Assembly (NCBI GenBank): GCA_963745035.1
Contig: CAVUVW010000017.1
Coordinates: 224,001-288,000, forward strand
DNA: 64,000 bases
Direction of reading: 5' to 3'
Source of the DNA: an uncultured delta proteobacterium
GTDB taxonomy: Bacteria > Desulfobacterota > Binatia > UBA9968
This document shows, piece by piece, positions 49,779 to 58,995 of this stretch (within the stretch, counting starts at the first letter, position 1; each line of letters begins with the position of its first letter). The notes beneath the pieces are model-generated. The model was given only the letters and a program-made list of their open reading frames with translations. It was not told the DNA's origin and ran no database searches. The position numbers and the translations under genes were made by a program.

Positions 49779-51530
49779 TTACGTCGATGACTCCACGTGT
49801 TGCAGACGCCGCGCGTAGATCCAGAAAGTGACCACGAGCGGTGACATTACCGCCATCATGATGATCGCGATGGCGGCGGCGTCGCCCAAACCGCCGCCGT
49901 GCCACTGCCCCCAGATATAAGTCGAAAGCACCTGGCTCTTGGGCGAGGCGAGAAATACCGCCATGGTCAACTCGCGATACGCGGAGAGCGAAGTCCAGAT
50001 CCACGCATAGACGATGCCCGGGCGAATCAACGGCGCGATCACTTTCGTCAGGATCCTCAACGTTGAAACTCCGCCGATCTGCGCCGCTTCTTCCAGCTCC
50101 CGGTGCAACTGGATCATGCTGTTGTTCAGCACCCGCGTGCCGAAGCTCACCCAGCAGACGACGTAGACCGCCATGATGACGTAGATCGTGCCGTACACCG
50201 GCAGGACGTTGGAAATCAGCAGCGCGAAATAGGCAATGGCCAACGCGAAAAGCAGATTGGGCACCGGATGCGGCAGAAACGCGATGGCATCCAACGCCAC
50301 GCGCCAGCGCCAACGGGACCGCGTGACGATCCACGAGATCGCGCCGCAAAGAATTACGATCAAAGTGGGCACAAACACCATGAGCAGCAGCGTATTCACG
50401 CCCGCCTGCAAAAGCCCGCTATCCAAGGCGAGCGCGCTGTAACGCTCGAACGATATCGAGGCCAGCGCCTGGAGCGACGGAATCTGCACGTAGGGCAAAA
50501 GCGAAACCCAGAAAATCGCCAGCAGCGGCAATAGGAACGCCAAGGTGAAATAAAGACCGAGCAGTCCCCAACCGAGCATCCACCAGCGACCCAACTCGAC
50601 GGGACGGGACTGGTAAGATTTCCCCGAAACGATTTGATAGCGGTGGCTCTGCTTTAACGCGATAAAGTAAGGAATCATCAAGATCAGCGAGAAGATCACC
50701 ATCAAGGTGCCATAAGCGCCGCTGAGCCCGTAGCGCGGCAGGCCTTCGTTTGGATTGATCATAAAATAAACGGCGGTGCTGAACGTGAAAATATTGTTCG
50801 CCATGCCGATGACGCCGGGAACATCGAAGGCCGCGACGGCAACCGTAAACATCCAGATCACCGCGGAAAACAGCGCCGGCCAGATGAGCGGCAGCTCCAC
50901 GCCGAGCAGGGTTTTGAGCTTGCTGACCCCGTGCACGTTGGCGGCCTCCACGAAGGCGGGATTCATGCTGCGCAGGGCGGCCGAAATCATCACGTACGCT
51001 AGCGGCGTGAGCGTCAGTCCCTGGACAAAGCCGATGCCGCCCACGGTCGCGACATTGAGTGGCGCGCTGTTGAATCCGAACCATTGCATTAAAAAAATAT
51101 TGATGACCCCGATCCTCGGGTGGCACAGGAAAACCCAGCCCATCGCTTTGAGAAACGTCGGGAAAAGAATGCCGATGCTCAAGAGGCTCATGGCCAAAGC
51201 TTTGTAGCGGAGATCGGTGCGCTCGATGAACCAGGCGAACAAAAATCCCAGCGGAATCGCCACCGCAATCGTGACGCCGGAGAAGATCAGGGTCGTGATC
51301 ATGACCCGGTAGTTATAAGGATCGGCGAGCAGTGAAGTGTAATTGCTCAGCGTATAAGGCGAGGGCTGGCCCGGCACGCCGGTGCGAAAGCTCATCCACA
51401 CGATCGTGCCGAGCAAACCGACGATGGCAATCGCCGCGACGCCGGCTACTCCAAAGATGGCTGCTTGCGACCAGTTCACCGGCGACGGCCGCTGCCGCAA
51501 GACCTGCGCAGTTTCGATGACGCTCATCAT
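49779..51530 (-). CDS. ABC transporter permease (FbpB-like)
   Basis: Two EAA motifs, multiple TM helices. Confidence 0.93.
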   Translation of the reverse strand: MMSVIETAQVLRQRPSPVNWSQAAIFGVAGVAAIAIVGLLGTIVWMSFRTGVPGQPSPYTLSNYTSLLADPYNYRVMITTLIFSGVTIAVAIPLGFLFAWFIERTDLRYKALAMSLLSIGILFPTFLKAMGWVFLCHPRIGVINIFLMQWFGFNSAPLNVATVGGIGFVQGLTLTPLAYVMISAALRSMNPAFVEAANVHGVSKLKTLLGVELPLIWPALFSAVIWMFTVAVAAFDVPGVIGMANNIFTFSTAVYFMINPNEGLPRYGLSGAYGTLMVIFSLILMIPYFIALKQSHRYQIVSGKSYQSRPVELGRWWMLGWGLLGLYFTLAFLLPLLAIFWVSLLPYVQIPSLQALASISFERYSALALDSGLLQAGVNTLLLMVFVPTLIVILCGAISWIVTRSRWRWRVALDAIAFLPHPVPNLLFALAIAYFALLISNVLPVYGTIYVIMAVYVVCWVSFGTRVLNNSMIQLHRELEEAAQIGGVSTLRILTKVIAPLIRPGIVYAWIWTSLSAYRELTMAVFLASPKSQVLSTYIWGQWHGGGLGDAAAIAIIMMAVMSPLVVTFWIYARRLQHVESST

Positions 51531-51537
51531 TTACTCG

Positions 51538-51604
51538 GTTCAAAGCTCAAAGGTCGGTTCAACGTTCCGGTCAGATTCGAAATCTGAACTTTTAAACCTT
51601 GAAC
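51538..51604. repeat. 7-nt GTTCAAA/TTTGAAC-type inverted element
   Basis: gttcaaa gctcaaa..gttcaac / tctgaac ttttaaac cttgaac. Confidence 0.7.
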
Positions 51605-51619
51605 GCCACACATAATGCG

Positions 51620-52678
51620 CTATTTGAGCAGAATTTTGGTCAGCTCGGCTTCGAAAGGAGCATCGTCTTTCATGAATATTTCATTGAGCTCGGCCGGATC
51701 CTGAAGCTTGATCTTGTTGGCCTTCACGTATTTCGCCATGAGAGTGCCGTCGACGAGATAGGAAGAACGCCAGTCATATTTCTCGATGACGGCCTGCGCT
51801 TCTCGGGTGGCCATGAAAGCGATGAACAATTTCGCTGAATCCGGACGGGCGGAGTTGCTCGGCACCGCAAGCTGATAATAAGACGAAGTCGCCGGCGTCG
51901 AACCGGACAACCCCACCAGCGGCGCGCCCTTGGCTTGCCACTTCCACATCGCCTCCAAAGCGCCGCCGGTGCTCGCCATGATCGGAAACTCCCCGCTGAC
52001 GATGCGCTCTTCTTCGCCCTGGCGCAGCCTTCCGCCTACGAGCGGCGCCAGCTTGCGCGCGAAGGACAGCACTTTTTCCTTCCCCCAACTTCCCGACACC
52101 CGGACCAGCCAATGGATGTAAGCAGGAATAGCGATTTTTCCAGCCCAGGTCGGGCTCAGCGCCGGATCGACGAGATCCTCGTAACTTTTTGGCGCTTTCT
52201 CTTTGGGAATCGAATTGGAGTTGTAAATGATGCCGTGAAACGACGCATAGACCAGCAAGGTCTCCTGCGGAAGAATTTCCATTTCCTTAGTCACCCAGGG
52301 AAAGGTGCCCGACCAGTTGACTTTCTGCAGCGCCTTCTCGCGTGACATATCGCTCATGGTTCCGTCGGAACCGAGGTATAGATCGGTCGAAGATTTGGCG
52401 CCGGACTTGATCTCGGTCAAAACCCGCGCCGCCACCTGCGGAAAGCTCGGGCCAGGCGCGAGATTGATCTTGTGCTTGAGTCCGAATCGTTTGTTGAAGC
52501 CGGCTTCCAATTCGGCAAAACCTTTTTTGCCGCCGAACGTGGAAGCGCTAGCAACCAAAGTAACCTCGCCTTCTTTCTTGGCGCCGGCGACAAGCTGTTC
52601 GAGCGACTGCGCCTGTAGTGGATAGACCGTGAAGGTCATCGCCAAAAATGCGCCCAATGCTGCAATAGCTGTAAACAT
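51620..52678 (-). CDS. ABC solute-binding protein (paralog 3)
   Basis: GAKKEG, APKSYEDLVDP.LSPTWAGK, shared with paralogs 1 and 2. Confidence 0.9.
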   Translation of the reverse strand: MFTAIAALGAFLAMTFTVYPLQAQSLEQLVAGAKKEGEVTLVASASTFGGKKGFAELEAGFNKRFGLKHKINLAPGPSFPQVAARVLTEIKSGAKSSTDLYLGSDGTMSDMSREKALQKVNWSGTFPWVTKEMEILPQETLLVYASFHGIIYNSNSIPKEKAPKSYEDLVDPALSPTWAGKIAIPAYIHWLVRVSGSWGKEKVLSFARKLAPLVGGRLRQGEEERIVSGEFPIMASTGGALEAMWKWQAKGAPLVGLSGSTPATSSYYQLAVPSNSARPDSAKLFIAFMATREAQAVIEKYDWRSSYLVDGTLMAKYVKANKIKLQDPAELNEIFMKDDAPFEAELTKILLK

Positions 52679-52699
52679 TAATTTCTCTCCAATGTTCCT

Positions 52700-52837
52700 C
52701 GAAGATGGAGGATCGTGAGTAATTCGAGGATAGAGTATGGAGAATGGAGGATCGAATAGGGCCAATTCACACCCGCGATCCTCGATCTTCGATCCTCCAT
52801 CATCGACTTATTCATAGTCTCCATCCCTCGATCCTCG
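52700..52837. repeat. 7-nt GAGGATC/GATCCTC inverted element
   Basis: gaggata gagtatg gagaatg gaggatc .. gatcctc gatcttc gatcctc. Confidence 0.88.
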
Positions 52838-52843
52838 GCCTAG

Positions 52844-53971
52844 TCACCCAAGCGCCTCAACCGCATCCCGACTCGAATCGAAAGTAATTGCCTGATTCTC
52901 GCTTCGAAAGACGCCCACGGGATCCTTGCCCTGGGCTACCGCGTCGATGGACTCACGGATCATTTTTCGCAGCATCAGGATGCCCTGATCCGAGGTCGCC
53001 AGATGTTCCTTGGTCCGGTCGGCGATGGCGCCTTGGGTTTCTTGAGCGACGCGGTCTTGCTCGCGGTTGGGCAAATTCCACCAGCCGTCCTGTACCCGCT
53101 CGTAAACTCCGGGTTGATCCTTTTTGAAACCGCGGATCTTTAACGGCTCGGGCCGAGTCGGCTTTCCATCTTTGTGAGGATAAAAGTCGATCCAAAAAGT
53201 CGTGGTCGTCGTATCGTCCGTCGGCACCCGGAAGCGCATCACCTGGCGCGGCTGTTCGCCGACGCGCGCCGCAGAGTGTCGCACGTGCGAGGGAAAGACG
53301 AAATGTGTGACTCTCGGCTTTGTCACTCCTTCGACCCACGTTGTTTCTCGAATGCCGACTCGGGTCGGCTCCCATTTGATCGTCGGCCGCTTCATCGCCA
53401 TGTTCGGATAGCCCGCTGCATGTAAGGCGATCGAATGCGCGCCGTCGGAAGAATTTTCCGCGCGCTGCAGCCAATTGCAAAATTCCTCCCCGCCGCCAAC
53501 GACGCGGCAGCCGTCATCGCGCACAAGCAAGTCGTATTGAGGTAATAGCGGCGCCGGTTCCGGGCCGATGTAGGCAAAGATGAGACCGCCGGCGTCACTC
53601 GCGTGAAAGGCGGGATGCTGAATACGATCCTTGAATGTGCTGCCTTCCGGCTCAGCCGGCTGCTCCAGGCACTTGCCGGCGCGGTCATAGAGCCAACCGT
53701 GATAGCAGCAGCGGATGCCGTTGTCCTCGACCCTGCCGAATTCCAGAGAAGTGCCGCGGTGGGAACAATGAAGCTCGAGCAACCCCAGGTTGCCGCCGCT
53801 GTCTCGGAACAATACGAACTCGTTGCCCAGTAGTCGCACTTTGGTGGGCGGCCCCTTGGTTTTCACCGAATCGGTGAACGCCACCGGCCACCAGTATCGC
53901 CTCAACATCTCGCCGGCCGGCGTGCCCGGACCGACGCGGGTCAGCAGTTCGTTTTCTTCTTTGGACAACAT
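52844..53971 (-). CDS. Rieske oxygenase alpha subunit (type A, copy 2)
   Basis: CSH..CCYH; NWLQRAENSSDGAHSIALH; QDRVAQE. Confidence 0.93.
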   Translation of the reverse strand: MLSKEENELLTRVGPGTPAGEMLRRYWWPVAFTDSVKTKGPPTKVRLLGNEFVLFRDSGGNLGLLELHCSHRGTSLEFGRVEDNGIRCCYHGWLYDRAGKCLEQPAEPEGSTFKDRIQHPAFHASDAGGLIFAYIGPEPAPLLPQYDLLVRDDGCRVVGGGEEFCNWLQRAENSSDGAHSIALHAAGYPNMAMKRPTIKWEPTRVGIRETTWVEGVTKPRVTHFVFPSHVRHSAARVGEQPRQVMRFRVPTDDTTTTTFWIDFYPHKDGKPTRPEPLKIRGFKKDQPGVYERVQDGWWNLPNREQDRVAQETQGAIADRTKEHLATSDQGILMLRKMIRESIDAVAQGKDPVGVFRSENQAITFDSSRDAVEALG

Positions 53972-53987
53972 GGATCGCTCCAATTTT

Positions 53988-54059
53988 TGGAGTGATGGAG
54001 TATTGGAGTATTGGATCGGAAGACCCAGCACTTCAACACTCCTCCACTCCATTACTCCA
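53988..54059. repeat. 8-nt TGGAGT/ACTCCA inverted element
   Basis: tggagtga tggagtat tggagtat tggatcggaagacccagcact..actcca. Confidence 0.9.
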
Positions 54060-54069
54060 ATTCCTCTTT

Positions 54070-55144
54070 TTATTGTTTCAGCATTTTTGTGAGTTCTTCC
54101 TTGAACTCCAACCCGCTGTCTTCGCCTTGCAGATAGAAAGCGATCGAATCTTTCGCCTCCTGAAGCTTGATCGGATTGCTGCGCAGGTACTTCGCCATTC
54201 TCGTGCCTTCTACCAGGTGCGAAGAGCGAAAGTCGAGCTTGTCGAGGATCGCCTGCGCTTCCTGGGACGCCATGAAACCGACAAACAGCTTCGCGAGGTT
54301 AGGATGGGCCGAGTTTTTCGGCACGCCGAGCTGAAAGTAGGAGGGCAGCACCGGGGTCGAGGCCATCACCGCCACGAGGGGCGCGCCTTTGGCTTGCCAT
54401 TGCCACATCTGCTCCACGGCGCCGCCCATATTGGCCGCGATGGGAAACTCGCCGCTCACAACGCGCTCTTCCTCGCTGTAACGAAGCCGCCCGCCGCTTA
54501 AAGCCACCAGTTTGCGCGTGAAATCCTTGACCTTCTCTTCGCTCCAGATCATCGACAGCTCAACCAGCCAGGAAACATAGGGCGGGATCGCGAGTTTCTT
54601 GGCCCAGGTCGGGCTCAACTTCGGGTCCACCAGATCTTCGTAGCTCTTCGGCGCTTTCTCTTTGGATATCAGCTTGGAGTTGTAGATGATTCCTCTAAGC
54701 GAGGTGAAGACCAGCAACCCTTCTCTGGGAAAAATCTCCATGGGTTTGGAGATCCACGGAAAGACGCCCGACCAGTCGACTTGCTCCAGGGCCTTTTCCT
54801 TGTGGAGCAGGGCGAAGTGCGATTGCGATCCATGATAGAGATCAGTCGACGTCTTGGCGCCGCTCTTTTGTTCCGTGATCACCCGCGCCGCCATGGCGTT
54901 CATTTCCGGTCCCGCGGCGAAACGGATCTTCATATTGAGGCCGAATCGTTTGTTGAAGGCCCCTTCCAGCACAGCCAGCGTCTTGGCGCCGCCGAAGGTC
55001 TGCGCGCCTGCTATGAAAGTCAGCTCGGGTTCCTTTTTGGCCCCGGCGATCAGTTGATCCAGAGTCTCTGCAGCGACCGCCAGAGCTAATCGAAACCAGC
55101 GGAAACAAAACGAACAGTAGCGCAGCGCGCATGCACTTGCTCAT
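54070..55144 (-). CDS. ABC solute-binding protein (paralog 2), +1 frameshift at ~55065
   Basis: Signal peptide in frame 54842-55168 joins ORF 54070-54972. Confidence 0.87.
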
Positions 55145-55172
55145 TAAAGGCTCCGATCGTGTCCCCAACGGT

Positions 55173-55205
55173 TTGAACGTTTTGAACTGCTTGAACGATT
55201 TGAAC
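55173..55205. repeat. 9-nt TTGAAC array
   Basis: ttgaac x4 at 9-nt spacing. Confidence 0.88.
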
Positions 55206-55207
55206 GT

Positions 55208-56357
55208 TTAATCGAGTCGTTCTTCATACGGCTTCAGTCGAATCAATTCATTCTTCGCCGGGTCGCGCACGACGCCGATTGGATCGCCGCCGTTTTTGAC
55301 CGACTCGATGGAGTCCTTGTACAAACGCCGCAGCAAAATGACACCGCGGTCGGTGTAGGCCAGATGCTCGTTGCTGCGGTCGTAGATCGCGCCCTGGCTT
55401 TCCTGCGCCACGCGGTCCTGGTCACCGCGGGCAAACCAGCCAATCGACTCGTCCCAGCGGTAGACGCCACGCTTGCTTTCGATGAGGCCGGCCGCCGACT
55501 CGTCTTTCATGATTTTCGCCACTGGCTTGCCGTCCACGACGGCGCCGAACTCCACAGTGAAATGCATGGTGTGGCTATCGTCGATCGGCACGCGCCAGCG
55601 CATCACCTCGCCCGAGCTGCTCGCCTGGTGCTCGCCGGGATGGCCTTCTTCGACGTTGCCGGTCTTGTTCATCGTCGGCATGACAAAAAAATTGACGTGG
55701 GCATAGCGCTTCCCGTCTGCGACCCGGCGCGTGTAGGTATTGAGCACGCCGTATTCGAAAGCTTGCGGATTGATCTCGCCGTCGTCCCAGGCCGGCGTCG
55801 CCGCAGTGCGATGGAGCCAGCGCAGATGGTTCTGGTCGACGGAGTTTTCGATCATTTGAAAGAAGTTGCAATTCACCGTGCGCGCGCGGCGGGCGCGCAC
55901 GCCGTCTTCGCGGACGAGCACGTCCCAACGCGGCAGCAACGTGGCCGGCTCGGGTCCGAGATACGCGAACAGCACGCCGCCCAGCTCCTGAACTTTGTAT
56001 GAAGGATGGCGCAGGCGCTGCCAAAAGGTGCTGTCGGCAGGCTCGCCCGGCATTTCCAAAATCTTTCCTTCGATATCGTAGAGCCAGCCGTGATAACAGC
56101 AGCGCAAGCCACCGTCCTCCATGTGGCCAAACTCCAACGAGGTCCCCCGGTGCGAGCAGCGCATCTGTAGAAGGCCGTACCTGACCCTTGTCGTCCCGGA
56201 ACAACACGAGGTCTTCGCCCAGTATCCTGCGCTTCAAGGGGCGATTCTTTAGTTCCGCGGCAAAGGCGATCGGATGCCAATAGCGCCGCAGCATCTCTCC
56301 TGCGGGCGTTCCCGGTCCGACGCGCGTGAAATAATCGTTTTCTTCTTTGGACAACAT
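55208..56357 (-). CDS. Rieske oxygenase alpha subunit (type B, copy 2), +1 frameshift at ~56180
   Basis: MLSKEENDYFTRVGPG in the upstream frame; CSH..CCYH; ENSVDQNHLRWLH. Confidence 0.9.
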
Positions 56358-56371
56358 CGACACGCCTCAGA

Positions 56372-56473
56372 ATTTTGGATTTTCGATTTTGGATTGCCGG
56401 ATCGGTCAGGCTGAATCCGCGTAAAATCTCCGAAACGTTTTGAACGGCTTGAACATTTTGAACGTATTTGAAC
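56372..56473. repeat. 7-nt ATTTTGG array plus 9-nt TTGAAC array
   Basis: attttgg attttcg attttgg; ttgaac at 56440, 56449, 56458, 56468. Confidence 0.85.
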
Positions 56474-56478
56474 CTCCA

Positions 56479-57612
56479 TTAAGTTAGCGGCCCGATCTCC
56501 TGCATGCTTGCGTCGAACGTGATTTGTTGATTCTGCGCGGGGTCTCTGAGGGTCCAGATCGGATCCCTTCCCTGCAGCGCCGCATCGATGGAATCTTTGA
56601 TCATCGTGCGCAACATGATGACGCCTTCGTCCGACGCGCCGAGATGCTCCTTCGTCCGGTCATAGATCGGGCCTTGGCTCTCCTGCGCCACGCGATCTTG
56701 ATCGCTGGATGCAATGCCCCACCAGCCGTCGTCGACGCGCTCGTAAACTCCCGGCTGGTCGTTCTCGAATCCCACGGTTTTGACGACGAGGGGCTTATCT
56801 TTGTCGTTCTCCGCGTGAGGATAGAACCGCAACCAGAAAGTTTTTGTGTTGGTATCGTCCACCGGGACGCGAAAGCGAATCGCGTGGTCTGGAATGCGCC
56901 CGACGCGCGCAGTGGTATGCCGCGTGTGGGACGGAAAAATCCAGTGGGAAAACTTCGGCTTGGTCACTCCGGGAACGTGCATGGAAATTTTCGCGCCGTA
57001 TGGCTTCCGCTCCCAGCCGATAACCGGGCGTTTCAACGCCATATGCGGATACTCGGGCGCATGCAGCGCCACGAGATGAGTCTGATCGACGGAATTCTCG
57101 GCACGCTGCAGCCAGTTGCAATAATCATGACCCGCGCCGATATGGCGCTCGCCGTCTTCGCGCGAGAACAGATCGTAGTTGGGCAGCAAGGGGGCGGGTT
57201 CGGGGCCGATGTAGGCAAAAATAAATCCAGCGATTTCCTGCGCCTTATAGGCCGGATGCTGCACGCGCTTGGTGAAAGTGCTGTCGGCGGGTTCAGCGGG
57301 TTGCTCCAGACACTGGCCGCGGGTGTCGTAAAGCCAACCATGGTAACAGCAGCGAATGCCAGCGTCTTCCACCCGGCCGAATTCCAAAGATGTGCCGCGA
57401 TGCGAGCAATGCAGCGCCAGCAAACCGAGCTGGTTGTTGCCGTCCCGAAAAAGCACAAGATCTTCGCCGAGCAGGCGGGCTTTGGTCGGCTGGCCGTTCT
57501 TTCTCACAAGCTCGGAAAAACCCACCGGCCACCAGTAGCGCCGTAACATTTCACCGCCCGGTGTGCCACGGCCAACGCGGGTCAGCATTTCATTTTCTTC
57601 TTTGGACAGCAT
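56479..57612 (-). CDS. Rieske oxygenase alpha subunit (type A, copy 1)
   Basis: CSH..CCYH; NWLQRAENSVDQTHLVALH; QDRVAQE. Confidence 0.93.
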   Translation of the reverse strand: MLSKEENEMLTRVGRGTPGGEMLRRYWWPVGFSELVRKNGQPTKARLLGEDLVLFRDGNNQLGLLALHCSHRGTSLEFGRVEDAGIRCCYHGWLYDTRGQCLEQPAEPADSTFTKRVQHPAYKAQEIAGFIFAYIGPEPAPLLPNYDLFSREDGERHIGAGHDYCNWLQRAENSVDQTHLVALHAPEYPHMALKRPVIGWERKPYGAKISMHVPGVTKPKFSHWIFPSHTRHTTARVGRIPDHAIRFRVPVDDTNTKTFWLRFYPHAENDKDKPLVVKTVGFENDQPGVYERVDDGWWGIASSDQDRVAQESQGPIYDRTKEHLGASDEGVIMLRTMIKDSIDAALQGRDPIWTLRDPAQNQQITFDASMQEIGPLT

Positions 57613-57648
57613 GTTCCGTCTCCAATGGCTCGCGGCGATCCTTGATAA

Positions 57649-57725
57649 GGAGTAATGGAGTGTTGGAGTATTGGAGTGTTGGATCGGAAACCCAGCACTC
57701 CAACACTCCTTTACTCCATCACTCC
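57649..57725. repeat. 8-nt TGGAGT/ACTCCA inverted element
   Basis: ggagtaa tggagtgt tggagtat tggagtgt tggatcggaaacccagcactcca.. Confidence 0.9.
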
Positions 57726-57735
57726 GATGCGGTTC

Positions 57736-58995
57736 TTACTGTTTCAGAATCTTCGCCAGCTCCGCCTTGAATTGCAGCCCTTCGTCGGTTTCACCCTTGA
57801 GATAGTAGTCAATGGATTCCTTCGGCTCCTGCACCTGGATGCGGTTGTCCTTGAGGTATTTCTGCATGGTCGTTCCTTCCACTAGGTGTGAGCTGCGCGA
57901 CTCGTGTTTTTGCAGAATCGCTTGCGCCTCTTTGGTCACCATGAACGCGACAAACAGCTTTGCCAGATTAGGATGGGCGGCATTCCTCGGCACGCTGAGT
58001 TGGAAATAATCAGTATTGATCGGCGATGTTCCGGGCACCGCCACGATCGGCGCGCCTTTCGCCTGCCACGTCCACATGGCGCCCAAAGCGTCACCGAGAT
58101 TCGCCATCACCGGAAATTCGCCGCTGACGATGCGTTCCTCTTCGCTGTAGCGCAGTCGTCCTCCACTTAGCGCCACGAGCTTGCGCGCGAAGTCCTTAAC
58201 TTTCTCGTTACCCCAGTTGAGGGACAGCTCCGCCAGCCAGGCGACGTAGGGCGGTATCGCCAACTTTCCCGCCCAGGTCGGGCTTAGGCGCGGGTCGACG
58301 AGATCCAGGTAGCTTTTCGGCGCTTTGTCTTTAGGAATCAAGTTGACATTGTAGATGATGCCATTCGGCGAAGTGTAAACCAGCACAGCTTCGTTGGGAT
58401 AAATCTCCATCTCCTTGGTCACCCATGGGAATAGGCCCGCGTAATTGACTTTCTCCAGAGCCTTTTCCACGTGCATCAATGCCTGATGCGATTGCGAGCC
58501 GAGAAAGATATCCGAAGAGGGCTTGCGTCCCGACTTGATCTCCGTAATGTGGCGCGCCGCGCGCGCGTTCATATCCGGTCCCGCAGCGAAGTTGATGCGC
58601 GTCTTCAAGCCGAAGCGCCGATTGAAGGCGGCTTCCAGATCCGCAAGCCCTTTCCTGCCGCCGAAAGTCTGCGCGCCGGCGATAAAAGTGATTTCGTCCT
58701 CCTTTTTCGCTCCGGCGATGAGAGACTCGACGGTTTCCGCAGCGAGCCCCTGCGCAGCCATAAGTAAGAAGATGATGAAATAAAAAGAACAACTCGCACG
58801 AAGGCGCCAAGCACGCCATGCATAAACCGAATTACAAACTCGAAATCCGAAATTCGAAATCCGAAACAATTTCAAATGATCAAAACTGAGGAAATTCCAA
58901 ACAAGCCCGTTTTGAACTCCGTAACTAGGTTTCCCGGTCTTCGGGTTTGTTTCGGATTTCGAGATTCGGATTTCGGATTTATTTAGCCTATTCAT
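57736..58995 (-). CDS. ABC solute-binding protein (paralog 1) with a repeat-derived N-terminal extension
   Basis: Mature part AETVESLIAGAKKE..; ATG at 58995 overlaps the end of the upstream gene; true start uncertain. Confidence 0.85.
   Translation of the reverse strand: MNRLNKSEIRISKSETNPKTGKPSYGVQNGLVWNFLSFDHLKLFRISNFGFRVCNSVYAWRAWRLRASCSFYFIIFLLMAAQGLAAETVESLIAGAKKEDEITFIAGAQTFGGRKGLADLEAAFNRRFGLKTRINFAAGPDMNARAARHITEIKSGRKPSSDIFLGSQSHQALMHVEKALEKVNYAGLFPWVTKEMEIYPNEAVLVYTSPNGIIYNVNLIPKDKAPKSYLDLVDPRLSPTWAGKLAIPPYVAWLAELSLNWGNEKVKDFARKLVALSGGRLRYSEEERIVSGEFPVMANLGDALGAMWTWQAKGAPIVAVPGTSPINTDYFQLSVPRNAAHPNLAKLFVAFMVTKEAQAILQKHESRSSHLVEGTTMQKYLKDNRIQVQEPKESIDYYLKGETDEGLQFKAELAKILKQ
58836..58980. 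repeat. 7-nt CGAAATC/GATTTCG inverted element
   Basis: 16-bp IR tcgaaatccgaaacaa / ttgtttcggatttcga plus flanking 7-mer units. Confidence 0.9.
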
